A stretch of DNA of 64,000 nt from Candidatus Limnocylindrales bacterium (GCA_050014975.1 JBEKCH010000006.1:4500-68499); one strand, 5' to 3'; positions 1 to 10,907 are shown, numbered from the stretch's first letter. Made by a program: numbers and translations. The notes: generated by a model not told the origin, from the letters alone.

Positions 1-2246
1 AGGCGGACCTGATCTACCTGGCCACAGACCTGGACCGCGAGGGCGAGGCGATCGCCTGGCATGTCGCCGAGGCCGCGCACCTGGCGCCCAATAGGACCCG
101 GCGGGTCACCTTCTCGGAGATCACCGAGTCGGCGATCAAGCGCGCCTTCGCCTCCCCCCGGTCGATCGACCTCAACCTCGTGGACGCCCAGCAGGCCAGG
201 CGCGTCGTAGACCGCCTGGTGGGCTACACCCTGAGCCCGCTGTTGTGGCGCAAGGTCAGGGCCGGCCTCTCGGCCGGTCGGGTCCAATCGGTCGCCGTGC
301 GCCTGGTCGTGGATCGGGAGCGCGAGATCAGGGCCTTCGTCGCCCGTGAGTACTGGACCCTGAAGGCCACCCTGCTCTCGCCCGATGGCTCGCCATTCGA
401 GGCGGACCTCGTCCGGATCGACGCCAAGAAGCCCGAGATCGCCGACGGCGAAACCGCCGAGCGGCATGCCGCCGCCATCAGGGTCAGCCGCCCGGTCGTG
501 ACCGAGGTGGCGGTCAAGAGCGCGGGTCGCAGTCCGGCGCCGCCCTTCACCACTTCGAGCCTGCAGCAGGAAGCCAGCCGCAAGCTCGGTTTCTCGCCGA
601 AGCGGACGATGACCGCCGCCCAGCGTCTCTACGAAGGTGTCAAGACTGACGAAGGCCAGGTTGGGCTGATCACGTACATTCGGACGGACTCGGTGGCTCT
701 GTCCAGCCAGGCGATGGCCGAGGCGGCCCGCGTGATCGAAGCCCGCTTTGGCGAGACCTACACCACTCCCAGGGGCCGCGCCTTCAAGGCGAAGACCCGC
801 AACGCGCAGGAGGCGCACGAGGCCATTCGGCCCACCTCCTTCTTCCGCGATCCTGAAACCGCCGCAAGGTTCCTCAAGAGCGACGAGGCCCGGCTGTACC
901 GTCTGATCTGGCAGCGCGCCCTGGCCAGCCAGATGGCGGTCAAGGAGCAGGAGACGACCACGGTCGAGCTGACGGCCGACGGCTACGGCCTGCGGGCGAC
1001 GGCCACCCGCACCACGTTCGACGGCTTCTCCCGCGTTTACACGGAAGGCCACGACGATCTCGAGGAAGAGGCCGAGTGCCAGCTGCCGCCGCTGCGCGAG
1101 CGTGATGTCACCAGCGTGCGCGGCGTGGACTCGCAGCAGCACTTCACCGAGCCGCCCCCGCGATACACGGAGGCCAGCCTGATCAAGGCCCTCGAGGATC
1201 ACGGCATTGGCCGGCCGTCGACGTACGCGGCCACGGTGTCCACGATCCTTGATCGGGGCTACGTCAAGGTCGTGGAGCGCAGGCTCCAGCCCGAGCTGGT
1301 CGGCGAGGTCGTGACCGACCTGCTGGTGTGCCATTTCGGCGAGTTCGTGGACCTGGAGTTCACGGCCCGGATGGAGGAGGAGCTCGACGACGTCGCCAGC
1401 GGCAGGCGCGCCTGGGTGCCTGTGGTGCGCGACTTCTACACTCCCTTCCGGTCGCGCATAGAGGAGAAGACCAAGGAGCTGCGCCGGGCCGACTTCACCA
1501 CCCGACCTTCCGACGAGGTCTGCTCCCTCGGCCATCCGATGGTGATCCGGTTGGGCCGTTACGGCGAGTTCCTGGCTTGCTCGATGTACCCAGAGCACAA
1601 AGAGACTCGCGAGCTGCCCGGTGCCGACGGCCGATCCGCCCCAGCGCCCGATGTCGCGACAGACGGAGCTCCCACCGAGCCGGCGCCGGTGGAAGCCTGC
1701 CCCAAGTGCGGTGAGCGGGAGGGCGGCGTCCTCGTCCAGCGGCGCGGCCGCTTCGGGCCCTTCATGGGCTGCTCCCGCTACCCGGACTGCGATTACATCA
1801 AGAAGGACGGACCGCCTCCGCCACCGCCGCTGGCGTTCACCGTCACCTGCCCTGCGTGCCACGAGGGTCGGCTGGCCACCAGGCGCGCGCGACGCACGGG
1901 ATCGCTCTTCTGGGGCTGCTCGCGCTATCCGAAATGCCGCTACACGACCTCGCACGAGCCACTCGGCGCGGTCCATGACGCCGACGAGGGACCCGTCGCG
2001 CGCGCAAGCGACACGGGCATCTGCCTGGTCTGCGGGGCGGCGGTGGATCTGCCCGGCGGGGACGGCCTGGTGGGCAGGCGGCTGGCGGGTGGCCAGGCCA
2101 ATCCGGCGGCGCTGACCAGGCCCGCCTCGGGCGGACGGGCCCCGCGGCGGTCCCGGGCCCGGGGAGCGTCCGGTGACGGAGCAGGACCATTCTCCTCCCG
2201 CAAGAGCGTGGGGCCGCGACCCTCGGGCGCGCGCCGCGCCGGATGA
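1..2246 (+). CDS. topA: DNA topoisomerase I (type IA), 5'-truncated by the window edge
   Basis: Frame open from nt 3 ([26 protein letters not shown] acidic motif). Core motifs [10 protein letters not shown] and [15 protein letters not shown], active-site Tyr context ITYIRTDS. C-terminal C4 zinc ribbons CPKCG...CSRYPDC and CPACH...CSRYPKC. Confidence 0.95.
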   Translation, partial: ADLIYLATDLDREGEAIAWHVAEAAHLAPNRTRRVTFSEITESAIKRAFASPRSIDLNLVDAQQARRVVDRLVGYTLSPLLWRKVRAGLSAGRVQSVAVRLVVDREREIRAFVAREYWTLKATLLSPDGSPFEADLVRIDAKKPEIADGETAERHAAAIRVSRPVVTEVAVKSAGRSPAPPFTTSSLQQEASRKLGFSPKRTMTAAQRLYEGVKTDEGQVGLITYIRTDSVALSSQAMAEAARVIEARFGETYTTPRGRAFKAKTRNAQEAHEAIRPTSFFRDPETAARFLKSDEARLYRLIWQRALASQMAVKEQETTTVELTADGYGLRATATRTTFDGFSRVYTEGHDDLEEEAECQLPPLRERDVTSVRGVDSQQHFTEPPPRYTEASLIKALEDHGIGRPSTYAATVSTILDRGYVKVVERRLQPELVGEVVTDLLVCHFGEFVDLEFTARMEEELDDVASGRRAWVPVVRDFYTPFRSRIEEKTKELRRADFTTRPSDEVCSLGHPMVIRLGRYGEFLACSMYPEHKETRELPGADGRSAPAPDVATDGAPTEPAPVEACPKCGEREGGVLVQRRGRFGPFMGCSRYPDCDYIKKDGPPPPPPLAFTVTCPACHEGRLATRRARRTGSLFWGCSRYPKCRYTTSHEPLGAVHDADEGPVARASDTGICLVCGAAVDLPGGDGLVGRRLAGGQANPAALTRPASGGRAPRRSRARGASGDGAGPFSSRKSVGPRPSGARRAG

Positions 2247-3304
2247 GCTCCGGAGAGGCTCCGGGTGCCGGCCAGGCCGTCCCGGCGGTCGAGCGCTTCC
2301 TGCAGGCGCTCCGGGCGAAGGGCTCCTCGGCCAACACGCTCCGTTCCTACCGCACCGCCCTCGAGACGTACACGAGCTGGCTGGCCGCGCACGACCAGGA
2401 CTGGCGGTCGCCGTCGCGGGGCGCGCTGCGTGCTTTCCTGACGGCTCTGGCGGAGGGGCACGGCAGGCGCACCGTGGCGCAGCGCCTGGCGGCGCTGCGG
2501 TCGTTCTATCGATACGCCGCGCGTGAGCAGCTTGTGGCAGGCAACCCTCTCGCGGCCCTGCCGACGCCGCGGCAACCTCGCCGGCTGCCGGCGGTGCTTT
2601 CGATTGCGGACACCGAGCGCCTGATCGAGGCGGCGGGCGAGCAAGGAAGACACGCGCCTGCCGGAACCTCTCGCGCGGAGCTGGAACGGGCCCTTGCCCT
2701 GCGGGACGTCGCCATCGTTGAGACGGCATACGCCGCCGGCCTGCGCATCGGGGAGCTGGCGACGCTGACGATCGGCGCAGTCGACCTGCGCCGGGGCGAA
2801 GTCCGGGTGACTGGCAAGGGCCGCAAGGAGCGGATTTCGCTGCTGGGCCGGCCGGCCCGGGCGGCGTTGAGCGCGTACATCGATGGCGCGAGGCCGCTGC
2901 TCGTGAGGCGCGGGCCGGCTGCGGATTCGCCGGCCGCCGGCACCGGGGTGGCGGACTCGGGCACGCTGTTCCTCAATCATCGCGGAGCAGCGCTCGGCAC
3001 CCGTGGGATCCGCTGGCGCCTGGAACGCCTGCGTGTGGCCACGGGGCTGCCCGAGGGCGTCTCGCCCCATACGTTGCGCCACAGTTTCGCCACGCACCTC
3101 CTGGACGGCGGCGCCGACCTGAGAGTCGTCCAAGAGCTGCTCGGGCACGAGAGCCTCGCGACCACCCAGATCTACACCCACGTTTCGCCGGCTCGGTTGC
3201 GTGCCGCGTACACTGCGTCTCATCCGCGGGCGCATCCGCCAGCGAACGCACCACACGGCGCCGGCTCTTCGTCTGACGGCGCCGCGGACGAGCGACACGA
3301 GTAG
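2243..3304 (+). CDS. xerC: tyrosine site-specific recombinase, XerC/XerD family
   Basis: 353-aa ORF with ATGA overlap on the topA stop. Catalytic C-terminal motifs [19 protein letters not shown] and [39 protein letters not shown]. XerC and XerD cannot be distinguished by eye. Confidence 0.85.
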   Translation: MSSGEAPGAGQAVPAVERFLQALRAKGSSANTLRSYRTALETYTSWLAAHDQDWRSPSRGALRAFLTALAEGHGRRTVAQRLAALRSFYRYAAREQLVAGNPLAALPTPRQPRRLPAVLSIADTERLIEAAGEQGRHAPAGTSRAELERALALRDVAIVETAYAAGLRIGELATLTIGAVDLRRGEVRVTGKGRKERISLLGRPARAALSAYIDGARPLLVRRGPAADSPAAGTGVADSGTLFLNHRGAALGTRGIRWRLERLRVATGLPEGVSPHTLRHSFATHLLDGGADLRVVQELLGHESLATTQIYTHVSPARLRAAYTASHPRAHPPANAPHGAGSSSDGAADERHE

Positions 3305-3346
3305 GCCAGGAAGCGGAGCGCCGCAACCGCCCGCGGACCTGCCACT

Positions 3347-4708
3347 GTGAGCGCGGCATCGGAGGCCTCGAATCCCGTAGAGGCGCAAGGCGCGCACGGA
3401 GGAAGCTGGATGGTCGAGCAGTTCATGACACCGGGAGCGCGGACGCCACGGGCGGGCGTCCCTGCCGCCTCAGTCGTGGACCTGGTTCCGGAGACGCCCA
3501 TCTGGGACGCCTTCGTTGCCCGCTCGAACCCGGGCTCCTACCTCCAGACCTCGGCCTGGGCTGAAGTGAAGGCTCCCAACGGCTGGCGGCCGGTGCGCCT
3601 CATGGGCTCCAGCATCGTCGGGGTCGCCGGACCGGCAACGCCCGAACCGCCGGTCTCGAGCGCGGGCGCCGCGACTGTCACGCCGCAAGCGACCGCGCTG
3701 CCCGACCCCGACGCCGTCGAGCACGAGGACGCGGCGGCCGAGGCGGGGATCGAGCGTGAAACGGCCTTCGGGGTCCAGCTGCTGCTCCGTCGGCCACGGC
3801 TCTTTCCGTGGGCATTCGCGTACGCGCCTCGTGGGCCAATCCTGGAAGAGTGGAACCCGGCCACGTTCGAGGCCTTCAGCGGCGCTTTGCAGCTGACCCT
3901 CGCCTCCGCCCCGGAACGTGTCTCGCACGTCCGCATCGAGCCGGAGGTCGAGCTGAATGGACCTTCGGACCAGGACGGCGAGCTGCGCCACGCCCTGCGC
4001 CGCAACGGCTGGCGCCCGGGGACTCCGATTCAACCGCCGCGCACCCGCAAGATCGACCTGCGCGCGGACGAAGAGGCGCTGTGGGGCGACCTTCGTAGCA
4101 AGTGGCGCCAGTACGTCAGCAAGGCCCGCAGGAACGGCATACGCGTCGTCGACGCCGGCGTCGAACGGCTGCCGGAGTTCTACTCGATCTACCAGGAGAC
4201 GGCCAGGCGAGCGGGCTTCATCATCCGGACCTACGACTCCTACATCGCCGTCTGGCAGGCCTTCGCGAAATTGGGCATGGCCCGGCTGCTGATGGCAGAG
4301 ACGTCTCAGGGCAAGGGAGTGGCCACGCTCTTCGTGCTGCGCGTCGGCAACCGCGTCATCGAGCCGTACGGCGGGATGACGGCCGAGGGCGCGGAGAGTC
4401 GCGCCAATTACCTCCTGAAGTGGGAGGCGATCCGCACGTCGCGGCAGCAGGGCGCGGTCAGCTACGACATGTGGGGCCTCTCTCACGAGGGAATCGAGCA
4501 ATTCAAGAGCGGCTTTGGCGGCCGCGAGATCCGCTACGTGGGGGCGTGGGATCTCGTGTTCGATCCGGTCGGTCGCCTGGCTTTCGACGGTGGCCAGTCC
4601 GTGCAGGACCGTATTGGAAGGCTTCGCCACGGCATTCGCCACGTTCGAGGCGGCCGGCGCGGCGCGGAGGGCCGGGACATGACCGGGGCCGCGGAGGGTG
4701 GAGTATGA
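3347..4708 (+). CDS. FemAB-family peptidoglycan branch peptidyl/aminoacyl transferase
   Basis: 453-aa ORF. FemAB/MurM-like blocks SYLQTSAWAEVK, KWRQYVSKARRNGIRV, RANYLLKWEAIR, YDMWG. Start uncertain (GTG 3347 or ATG 3410). Contains a Pro/Ala-rich insertion. Confidence 0.72.
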   Translation: MSAASEASNPVEAQGAHGGSWMVEQFMTPGARTPRAGVPAASVVDLVPETPIWDAFVARSNPGSYLQTSAWAEVKAPNGWRPVRLMGSSIVGVAGPATPEPPVSSAGAATVTPQATALPDPDAVEHEDAAAEAGIERETAFGVQLLLRRPRLFPWAFAYAPRGPILEEWNPATFEAFSGALQLTLASAPERVSHVRIEPEVELNGPSDQDGELRHALRRNGWRPGTPIQPPRTRKIDLRADEEALWGDLRSKWRQYVSKARRNGIRVVDAGVERLPEFYSIYQETARRAGFIIRTYDSYIAVWQAFAKLGMARLLMAETSQGKGVATLFVLRVGNRVIEPYGGMTAEGAESRANYLLKWEAIRTSRQQGAVSYDMWGLSHEGIEQFKSGFGGREIRYVGAWDLVFDPVGRLAFDGGQSVQDRIGRLRHGIRHVRGGRRGAEGRDMTGAAEGGV

Positions 4709-6393
4709 GCGTCGATGCAGCCGCGCAGCGTGCGCTGGCCGCGATGCTTGCCGCGGCCGAGCCCCAGGCGTCTCGACGCCTGGGCGAGCTCATCGAGCGG
4801 CTCGAGGCCGAAGGCCGGCTGCGCACCGTGCGCCCGCCGGAAGGTGCGCCATCCGACGGCGCCAGCTCGGCGACAGTCCGGTCCAGCGCCGTCGCGGTCG
4901 GCTCGATCCCGGTTCGCGGCGTCGCCTTCGATTCCCGAAGCGTCGAGGCGGACGGGGTCTTCGTGGCGATCCCGGGCGAGCACGTGGACGGCCACGACTA
5001 CGTGGCCGACGCCGTGGCGCGGGGCGCCGCCGCCACGATCGTGGAGAGGCCGCTGAGCGGCGTCGCGGTCCCGCAGATCGTGGTCGACCGGGGCCAGGCC
5101 GCGCTCGCGGCCGCCGCGGCCTGGTGGTACGGCGACCCCAGTCGGGAGCTCGGCATCGTTGGTGTCACCGGCACGGACGGCAAGACCACCACCTCGTTCC
5201 TGGCCTCGGCCGTGCTGGAGGCCGCGGGGATCTCCACCGGTCAGCTGACCACGGCCCAGATCAAGATCGGCGATCTCCGGGGCGCCAATCCGGAACACGT
5301 CACCACGCCCCAGGCGCCGCAGCTGCAGCGCGCTTTGAGGGCAATGGTGAAGGCGGGCAACAAGGCCGCCATCGTGGAGACGACGTCGCACGGCCTGGCC
5401 CTTGAGCGCGTCGGAGGGATCGCCTACGACGTCGCTATCTTCACCAACCTGACCCACGAGCACCTGGAGCTCCACGGCACCTTCGAGGCTTACCGTGACG
5501 CCAAGCTTGGCCTCTTCCGAAACCTCGGGGCCGACCTGAGCAGGAGAGAGAAGCCGGCACGCCGATGGCCGCGCGCGGCGATAGTCAACCACGACGATCC
5601 GTCCGCGTCGCTCTTCGAGGCGGCCGGAACCTCGGTCGGGACGAGTTTGCTGACTTACGGCTACTCAGCCGATGCGGACGTCCGTGCCGTTTCCGTCGAG
5701 GAGGACTCCCGCCGGCTAGGGTTCGGCGTGCGGACCGCCCGTTGGAGCGGCGAGGTGAGCCTGCAGCTGGCCGGCCGCTTCAACGTCTACAACGCCTTGG
5801 CGGCCGTCGCCCTCGGAGAGGCGCTGGAGCTTCCTCCGCAAGCGATCCGGACCGGCCTGGCCGGCGTTCGGGGGGTGCCCGGCCGAATGGAGCGCGTGGA
5901 CTGCGGCCAGCCGTTCGCCGTCATCGTGGACTACGCCCATTCACCCGCCTCGCTGCAGGTCGTGCTGGACCAGCTCGCGCCGGTAGCGGCCGGCGGCGAT
6001 GGGGCCCTGATCGTGGTCTTCGGATCGGCGGGTGAGCGCGACGTCCAGAAGCGGCCGCTGATGGGCCGCATCGCCGGGGAGCGTTGTCGGCTTGTGGTCG
6101 TGACCGACGAGGACCCGCGAGGCGAGGACCGCCAGGCGATCCTGGACGAGATAGCGGCCGGTGCCGAGTCCGCCGGCAAGCGCCGGGGCGAGGATGTGCT
6201 GTGCATTCCCGATCGCGCCGAGGCGATCGCCGCCGCCTTCGATCGGGCCGGACCGGGCGACGTCGTGGTCCTGGCCGGAAAGGGCCACGAACAATCGATA
6301 ATCATGAACGACGGGCCCCGGCCCTGGGACGAGCGGACCGAGGCCATTCGGGCCCTGGCGCACGTGGGCTACCGCAAAGAGGATGACGACTGA
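4705..6393 (+). CDS. murE: UDP-N-acetylmuramoyl-L-alanyl-D-glutamate--2,6-diaminopimelate (or L-Lys) ligase
   Basis: Start placed at ATG 4705 (ATGA overlap with the femAB stop). The longer ORF from 4102 is an Arg-rich alternative frame over femAB. Motifs GVAFDSRSVEADGVFVAIPGEHVDGHDY, GVTGTDGKTTT, ETTSHGLALERV, FTNLTHEHLELHG, DYAHSPASL, FGSAGERDVQKRP, VTDEDPRGED (DNPR-like). Confidence 0.93.
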   Translation: MSVDAAAQRALAAMLAAAEPQASRRLGELIERLEAEGRLRTVRPPEGAPSDGASSATVRSSAVAVGSIPVRGVAFDSRSVEADGVFVAIPGEHVDGHDYVADAVARGAAATIVERPLSGVAVPQIVVDRGQAALAAAAAWWYGDPSRELGIVGVTGTDGKTTTSFLASAVLEAAGISTGQLTTAQIKIGDLRGANPEHVTTPQAPQLQRALRAMVKAGNKAAIVETTSHGLALERVGGIAYDVAIFTNLTHEHLELHGTFEAYRDAKLGLFRNLGADLSRREKPARRWPRAAIVNHDDPSASLFEAAGTSVGTSLLTYGYSADADVRAVSVEEDSRRLGFGVRTARWSGEVSLQLAGRFNVYNALAAVALGEALELPPQAIRTGLAGVRGVPGRMERVDCGQPFAVIVDYAHSPASLQVVLDQLAPVAAGGDGALIVVFGSAGERDVQKRPLMGRIAGERCRLVVVTDEDPRGEDRQAILDEIAAGAESAGKRRGEDVLCIPDRAEAIAAAFDRAGPGDVVVLAGKGHEQSIIMNDGPRPWDERTEAIRALAHVGYRKEDDD

Positions 6394-6396
6394 CGG

Positions 6397-7137
6397 GTGC
6401 CGCGAGGCGCTCACGGAGGCCACGAACCGATGCGATCCTGCCTGATCCAGCTGGTCGTCCTGATCGTCGTGGCGTTCTGCCTGCTCTGGTTCGGCCTGCC
6501 CATCGGCGTCAGCGCCCTTGCGACCGGGGCGCTCAATGCCAGCGGCTTCAGCGGGACCGACACGAAGGTGCAAGTCTCGGCGAACCCGCCGCCTATGCTG
6601 CTCACGGGCCACGCCGACACGGTCCACATCACGTCTAGCCAGGCCAGCGTTGGCGACCTCCATGCGGCCGGCGTCGACGTCATCCTGGGCGACGTGGAGC
6701 TGCTCAGTCGCACAATCGGGACCGTCACCGGCACGCTCACCGGCGTGCAGGTGGCCGCCCCGGACGGCGAGCCGGTGACGCTCGACCAGGTGACCCTGAC
6801 GGGGGTCGCCACCGCCACGACCGCCACGGCCTCGATGAGCCTGGCGGCCGCCGAGTCGCTGGCCGAGTCGGAGCTGAAGTCCCAGACCGGCGTCGTGGCC
6901 AAGGTGGCCCTGAAAGGACCGGACAAGGTGACGGTGACGATCGACGGCAAATCGCAGGCGGGGCGGCTGGTGACCAGCAACGGCGCCCTGCTGATCGTCC
7001 CCAACAGCGACTCCCTGCCCACCGTAACCCTCATCGCCCCCGGGAATGGCAATCCGTTCCGCGTGATCTCGGTGCAGATCGGCCCGGCGGACGTGACCTT
7101 CGTGGGCACGATCGACATCGAGCAGCTGCTGAGCTGA
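6397..7137 (+). CDS. hypothetical membrane-anchored protein (possibly DUF2993/LmeA-like)
   Basis: 246-aa ORF. N-terminal TM helix LIQLVVLIVVAFCLLWFGL, then a Thr/Val/Gly-rich beta-type domain. Follows murE by 3 nt. Start GTG 6397 or ATG 6430. Family assignment is a guess. Confidence 0.6.
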   Translation: MPRGAHGGHEPMRSCLIQLVVLIVVAFCLLWFGLPIGVSALATGALNASGFSGTDTKVQVSANPPPMLLTGHADTVHITSSQASVGDLHAAGVDVILGDVELLSRTIGTVTGTLTGVQVAAPDGEPVTLDQVTLTGVATATTATASMSLAAAESLAESELKSQTGVVAKVALKGPDKVTVTIDGKSQAGRLVTSNGALLIVPNSDSLPTVTLIAPGNGNPFRVISVQIGPADVTFVGTIDIEQLLS

Positions 7138-7192
7138 GACTGGCCGCGGCCCGAGGCTGGCTCAGCGAGAGGGGCTGCTAGACTTCTGCCCG

Positions 7193-9472
7193 ATGTCGAT
7201 CGAACCGCCCGGCTCACAGGAGCGGGGTCAAGAGGCAGCACCTCCGGAAGCACCCCGCACCGCGTCCCGTCTGGCGCCTCCGAAGCTCTCGGTGGCGGAG
7301 CGACTGCGCGCCGGCCTGCCGGGAGGGCGCTCGCCCGAGTCCGCTTTCAGGCACCTGGCCGACTCCGTGGCACGCCACTACCCGCAGACTGACCAAAAGC
7401 CGCTGCGCGCGGCTTTCGAGTTCGCTCAGCAGGCGCACCGCGACCAGACCCGAGTCACCGGCGAGCCGTACATGATGCACCCGCTGGCGGCGGCGCAGAT
7501 CCTCGCCGACATCGGCATAGACCCCGTCGCCGTGGAGGCCGCGCTTCTCCACGACGTCCCGGAGGACACGGACTTCACCCTCAACGAGGTTGAGGAGCGC
7601 TTCGGCGCCGAGGTGGCGCAGCTGGTGGATGGCGTCACGAAGCTGTCCAAGTTCAGCACCCACAGCCACGAGGAGCAGCAGGCTGAGAACATCCGAAAGA
7701 TGTTCCTGGCCATGGCGGACGACATCCGGGTCGTCCTGATCAAGCTGGCCGATCGCCTGCACAACATGCGCACCCTGTATGCGCTGCCGCCCGACAAGCA
7801 GGCGCGCATCGCCCGCCAGACGCTCGAGATCTACGCGCCTCTAGCCGAGCGCCTCGGGATCTGGAGCGTCAAGTGGGAGCTCGAGGATCTGGCCTTCAAG
7901 ACGCTGGAGCCCCAGGCCTACCGCGAGCTGGCGCGGATGCTGGATACCCGCCGCAAGAGCCGCGAGGCGTTTATCCATCGGGCCATCGAGGTCCTTCGAC
8001 CGGAGCTCGCCAGTGCCGGCATCAAAGCCGACCTTTCGGGCCGTCCCAAGCACCTCTACAGCATCCGCCGCAAGATGCAGCGCAAGAGCGCCGATATCGG
8101 CGAGATCTACGACATCTACGCCATACGCATCCTGGTGGACGAGGTCAGGGACTGCTACGCCGCCCTGGGTGTCGTGCACTCGCTGTGGCGGCCGATCCCC
8201 GGCCAGTTCGACGACTACATCGCTGTCCCGAAGCCGAACCTGTACCAGAGCCTTCACACCGCCGTCATTGCCATGGACGGCAATCCGCTCGAGATCCAGA
8301 TACGCACCCACGCCATGCACCAGACGAGCGAGGTCGGCATCGCCGCCCACTGGCGCTACAAGGAGGGGTCGCGCTCGGACCGCGAGTACGACGCCAAGCT
8401 GGCCTGGCTGCGCCAGATCATGGACTGGCAACGCGATATCTCGGACGCGACCGAGTTCGTCGAGGGCATCAAACTCGACGTCTTCCAGGACCAGGTCTTC
8501 GTCTTCACTCCGAAGGGCGAGGTCAAGGACCTGCCCGCGGGCGCGACGCCCCTCGACTTCGCCTACCGCATCCACACCGATATTGGCCACCGTTGCATCG
8601 GGGCCAAGGTCAACAACCGCCTGGTGCCCCTGGACTACAGGCTCAAGAACGGCGACATCGTCGAGATCGTCACCACGAAGGGCGAACACGGCCCATCGCG
8701 GGACTGGATGAACCTGGTGCGAACCAGCCACGCTCGCGAGAAGATCCGGCAATGGTTCAAGCGCCAGGAACGTGACGAGAACATCGCCCACGGTCGCGAG
8801 TCGCTGGAGCGCGAGCTGCGCCGGTTGGCCCGCACGAGCCTCGGCGCGGTCGGCCAGGATCGGATCCTGGAGATCGCGCGAGCCTACAACTTCGACAACC
8901 TGGACGACTTCTACGCCGCCGTGGGGTACGGTGCCATCGGCTCCCAGCAGGTGGTCACGCGCCTGGGCGTGGTGGATGACGCGCAGCTGGCCCTGCCGCC
9001 CACCACGCCTCCGCCGGGCCCGTCGCGTCAGGGCGGAGTCCGGGTCAAGGGCGTTGGCGACCTGCTGGTCCGCTTCGGCAAGTGCTGTCACCCCATCCCG
9101 GGTGATCCGATCATCGGCTTCATCACCCGCGGCAAGGGCGTCACCGTTCACCTGCGCAACTGCCGGACCGTGCTCGGCGAGCGCGAAACGCCACGGCTGA
9201 TCGATGTCGAATGGGAGAGCCAGGTCCAGCAGACCTACCCGATCTCAATCCGGGTCGAAGCCTACGACCGAACTGGCCTGCTGTCGGACATCAGCCAGGT
9301 GGTGGCCGAGAACAAGGTCAACATCATGGCCGCCAACGTAGCCGTCAGCCCCGATCGAACGGCCACCGTCAAGGCCACCCTGGAAGTCGCCTCGGTCGCC
9401 GAGCTGGCGAGAGTGATGAGCCGCCTCGAGCAGCTCAAGGACATCATCTCGGTCCAGCGCGATCTGGGGTAG
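7193..9472 (+). CDS. relA: bifunctional (p)ppGpp synthetase/hydrolase, RelA/SpoT family
   Basis: 759 aa. HD hydrolase domain (HPLAAAQILADIGID, LLHDVPEDT), synthetase domain (HLYSIRRKM, YQSLHTAV, IQIRTHAMHQTSEVGIAAHWRYKEG), TGS (VFTPKGEVKDLPAGATPLDFAY) and a C-terminal ACT-like domain. Confidence 0.96.
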   Translation: MSIEPPGSQERGQEAAPPEAPRTASRLAPPKLSVAERLRAGLPGGRSPESAFRHLADSVARHYPQTDQKPLRAAFEFAQQAHRDQTRVTGEPYMMHPLAAAQILADIGIDPVAVEAALLHDVPEDTDFTLNEVEERFGAEVAQLVDGVTKLSKFSTHSHEEQQAENIRKMFLAMADDIRVVLIKLADRLHNMRTLYALPPDKQARIARQTLEIYAPLAERLGIWSVKWELEDLAFKTLEPQAYRELARMLDTRRKSREAFIHRAIEVLRPELASAGIKADLSGRPKHLYSIRRKMQRKSADIGEIYDIYAIRILVDEVRDCYAALGVVHSLWRPIPGQFDDYIAVPKPNLYQSLHTAVIAMDGNPLEIQIRTHAMHQTSEVGIAAHWRYKEGSRSDREYDAKLAWLRQIMDWQRDISDATEFVEGIKLDVFQDQVFVFTPKGEVKDLPAGATPLDFAYRIHTDIGHRCIGAKVNNRLVPLDYRLKNGDIVEIVTTKGEHGPSRDWMNLVRTSHAREKIRQWFKRQERDENIAHGRESLERELRRLARTSLGAVGQDRILEIARAYNFDNLDDFYAAVGYGAIGSQQVVTRLGVVDDAQLALPPTTPPPGPSRQGGVRVKGVGDLLVRFGKCCHPIPGDPIIGFITRGKGVTVHLRNCRTVLGERETPRLIDVEWESQVQQTYPISIRVEAYDRTGLLSDISQVVAENKVNIMAANVAVSPDRTATVKATLEVASVAELARVMSRLEQLKDIISVQRDLG

Positions 9473-9648
9473 TCGCTGCGCTGTGACGGCCCGGCCAAGG
9501 TCGGGTAAACTCCGCCGTCGGCCCGTGCGCAAGGTATGCTTGGCCGAATCCAGCCGCAGACCGATCGCATTCCCGGCCGTCGCGCTCCGGCGCCATCTCC
9601 CGGCCAGCCATGTGGCACCGTGCCGGAGCATAAGGAGAAGTCAAACCG

Positions 9649-9849
9649 ATGGGCGTTCCGAAGAGGAAAGTCTCGCACGCGCGGCAGGGCGACCGCCGCG
9701 CCCACCTCGCGGTTTCCGTGCCTCACCTCGAGCCGTGCTCGCACTGCCACCAGCCCAAGCAGGTCCATCACGCCTGTCCGAACTGCGGCTACTACGCCGG
9801 CCGGCCGACGGTCGAGATGAAGCAGGAAAAGCCCCAGCAGTCCGCCTGA
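9649..9849 (+). CDS. rpmF: 50S ribosomal protein L32
   Basis: 66 aa, MGVPKRKVSHARQGDRRAH, zinc-ribbon cysteines CSHC...CPNCG, AAGGAG Shine-Dalgarno upstream. Confidence 0.92.
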   Translation: MGVPKRKVSHARQGDRRAHLAVSVPHLEPCSHCHQPKQVHHACPNCGYYAGRPTVEMKQEKPQQSA

Positions 9850-9852
9850 GAG

Positions 9853-10896
9853 GTGGACCTGAGCACGGTCCGAACGGTTGACGGTGGCGCCGTCCGCGTC
9901 GTCGTGGATGCCATGGGCGGCGATCACGCGCCGCTGGAGGTTGTCGCCGGCACGCTCGCCTGGGCGCGCAAGCATCCCACGGACACGATCCTGCTGGTCG
10001 GGCTGCCGGAGGCGATCGAGAAGGCCGCCGGTGGGCTGCTGCCAGCCAACGTCGAGACCGTGCCGGCCAGCCAGGTCGTCGGGATGGACGAATCGCCCGC
10101 GCTCGCCCTCAAGACCAAGAAGGACTCCTCGATCATGGTCGCCATGGACCTGATCAAGCAGGGCAGGGGCGACGCGCTGGTAACGGCCGGGCATTCGGGC
10201 GCGGGCATGGCCGCCGCGGTTCTGCGGCTCGGTAGATTGCGAGGCGTGGATCGACCTGCGCTGGCCATCCAGATGATCACCGAAACCGGGCCGTTCGTGC
10301 TGCTGGACATCGGCGCCAACGTCGACGCGACGGGCCTCAACCTCTACCAGTTCGCTCACATGGGCTCTTTGTATGCGGAGCGGGTCCTCGGTGTCGAGAA
10401 TCCCCGTGTCGCGATGCTCTCGATCGGCGAAGAGAAGGGCAAGGGAAACCTGGCGATCCAGCAGGCGACACAGATGCTGGACGAAGAAGGCAGCCTGAAC
10501 TTCGTGGGCAACGTCGAGGGCCGGGACCTGGTCAAGCACAAGGCGGACGTGGCCGTCTGCGACGCCGTCGTCGGCAACGTCACCATGAAGTTCTTCGAGG
10601 GCCTGGCGACCTTCATCTTCGATCTGTGGGCCAGGGAGTTCAGGCGCGGTATCCGAGGTCGGATCGGCTACCTCTTCATGCGCTCCGGGGTCGGCCGCAT
10701 TCGCCGGACGTTCGACTACGAGAAGATGGGCGCCTCGCCGCTGCTCGGCGTCCAGGGCATGGTTCTCATCACGCACGGCAGCGCCAAGAGGCGCATGATC
10801 GAGTTCGCGGTTGAGGCCGGCGCGACCGCGGCCCGAGCGCACATCCCGGAATTGATCGCCGACGCGTTCAGGGGCGAGGCCCGGACGAAGGCTTAG
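9853..10896 (+). CDS. plsX: phosphate acyltransferase PlsX
   Basis: 347 aa. VVDAMGGDHAP, VTAGHSGAGMAA, LLDIGANVD. Conserved rpmF-plsX adjacency. Confidence 0.93.
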   Translation: MDLSTVRTVDGGAVRVVVDAMGGDHAPLEVVAGTLAWARKHPTDTILLVGLPEAIEKAAGGLLPANVETVPASQVVGMDESPALALKTKKDSSIMVAMDLIKQGRGDALVTAGHSGAGMAAAVLRLGRLRGVDRPALAIQMITETGPFVLLDIGANVDATGLNLYQFAHMGSLYAERVLGVENPRVAMLSIGEEKGKGNLAIQQATQMLDEEGSLNFVGNVEGRDLVKHKADVAVCDAVVGNVTMKFFEGLATFIFDLWAREFRRGIRGRIGYLFMRSGVGRIRRTFDYEKMGASPLLGVQGMVLITHGSAKRRMIEFAVEAGATAARAHIPELIADAFRGEARTKA

Positions 10897-10907
10897 TCGG
10901 AGGCGAG

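Noticed and set aside
2243-3304. Tyrosine recombinase as the integrase of a mobile element or island
   Set aside because: It has Xer-type motifs, is translationally coupled to topA, and is followed by cell-wall genes. There is no flanking tRNA, direct repeats, or cargo of phage or plasmid type.
4102-4704. N-terminal 200-aa extension of the murE ORF; likewise 18323..19852 before the 616-aa protein and 33858..35072 before ispG
   Set aside because: The extensions lie in alternative frames over femAB, ffh and rseP respectively and translate to Arg-rich sequence. Homology-type motifs begin only at the internal starts (4705, 19853, 35073), which have SD sequences or start/stop overlaps.
9262-10842. 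526-aa minus-strand ORF
   Set aside because: Antisense to rpmF and plsX. Arg/Gly/Asp-rich with no motifs. A GC-rich frame artefact.
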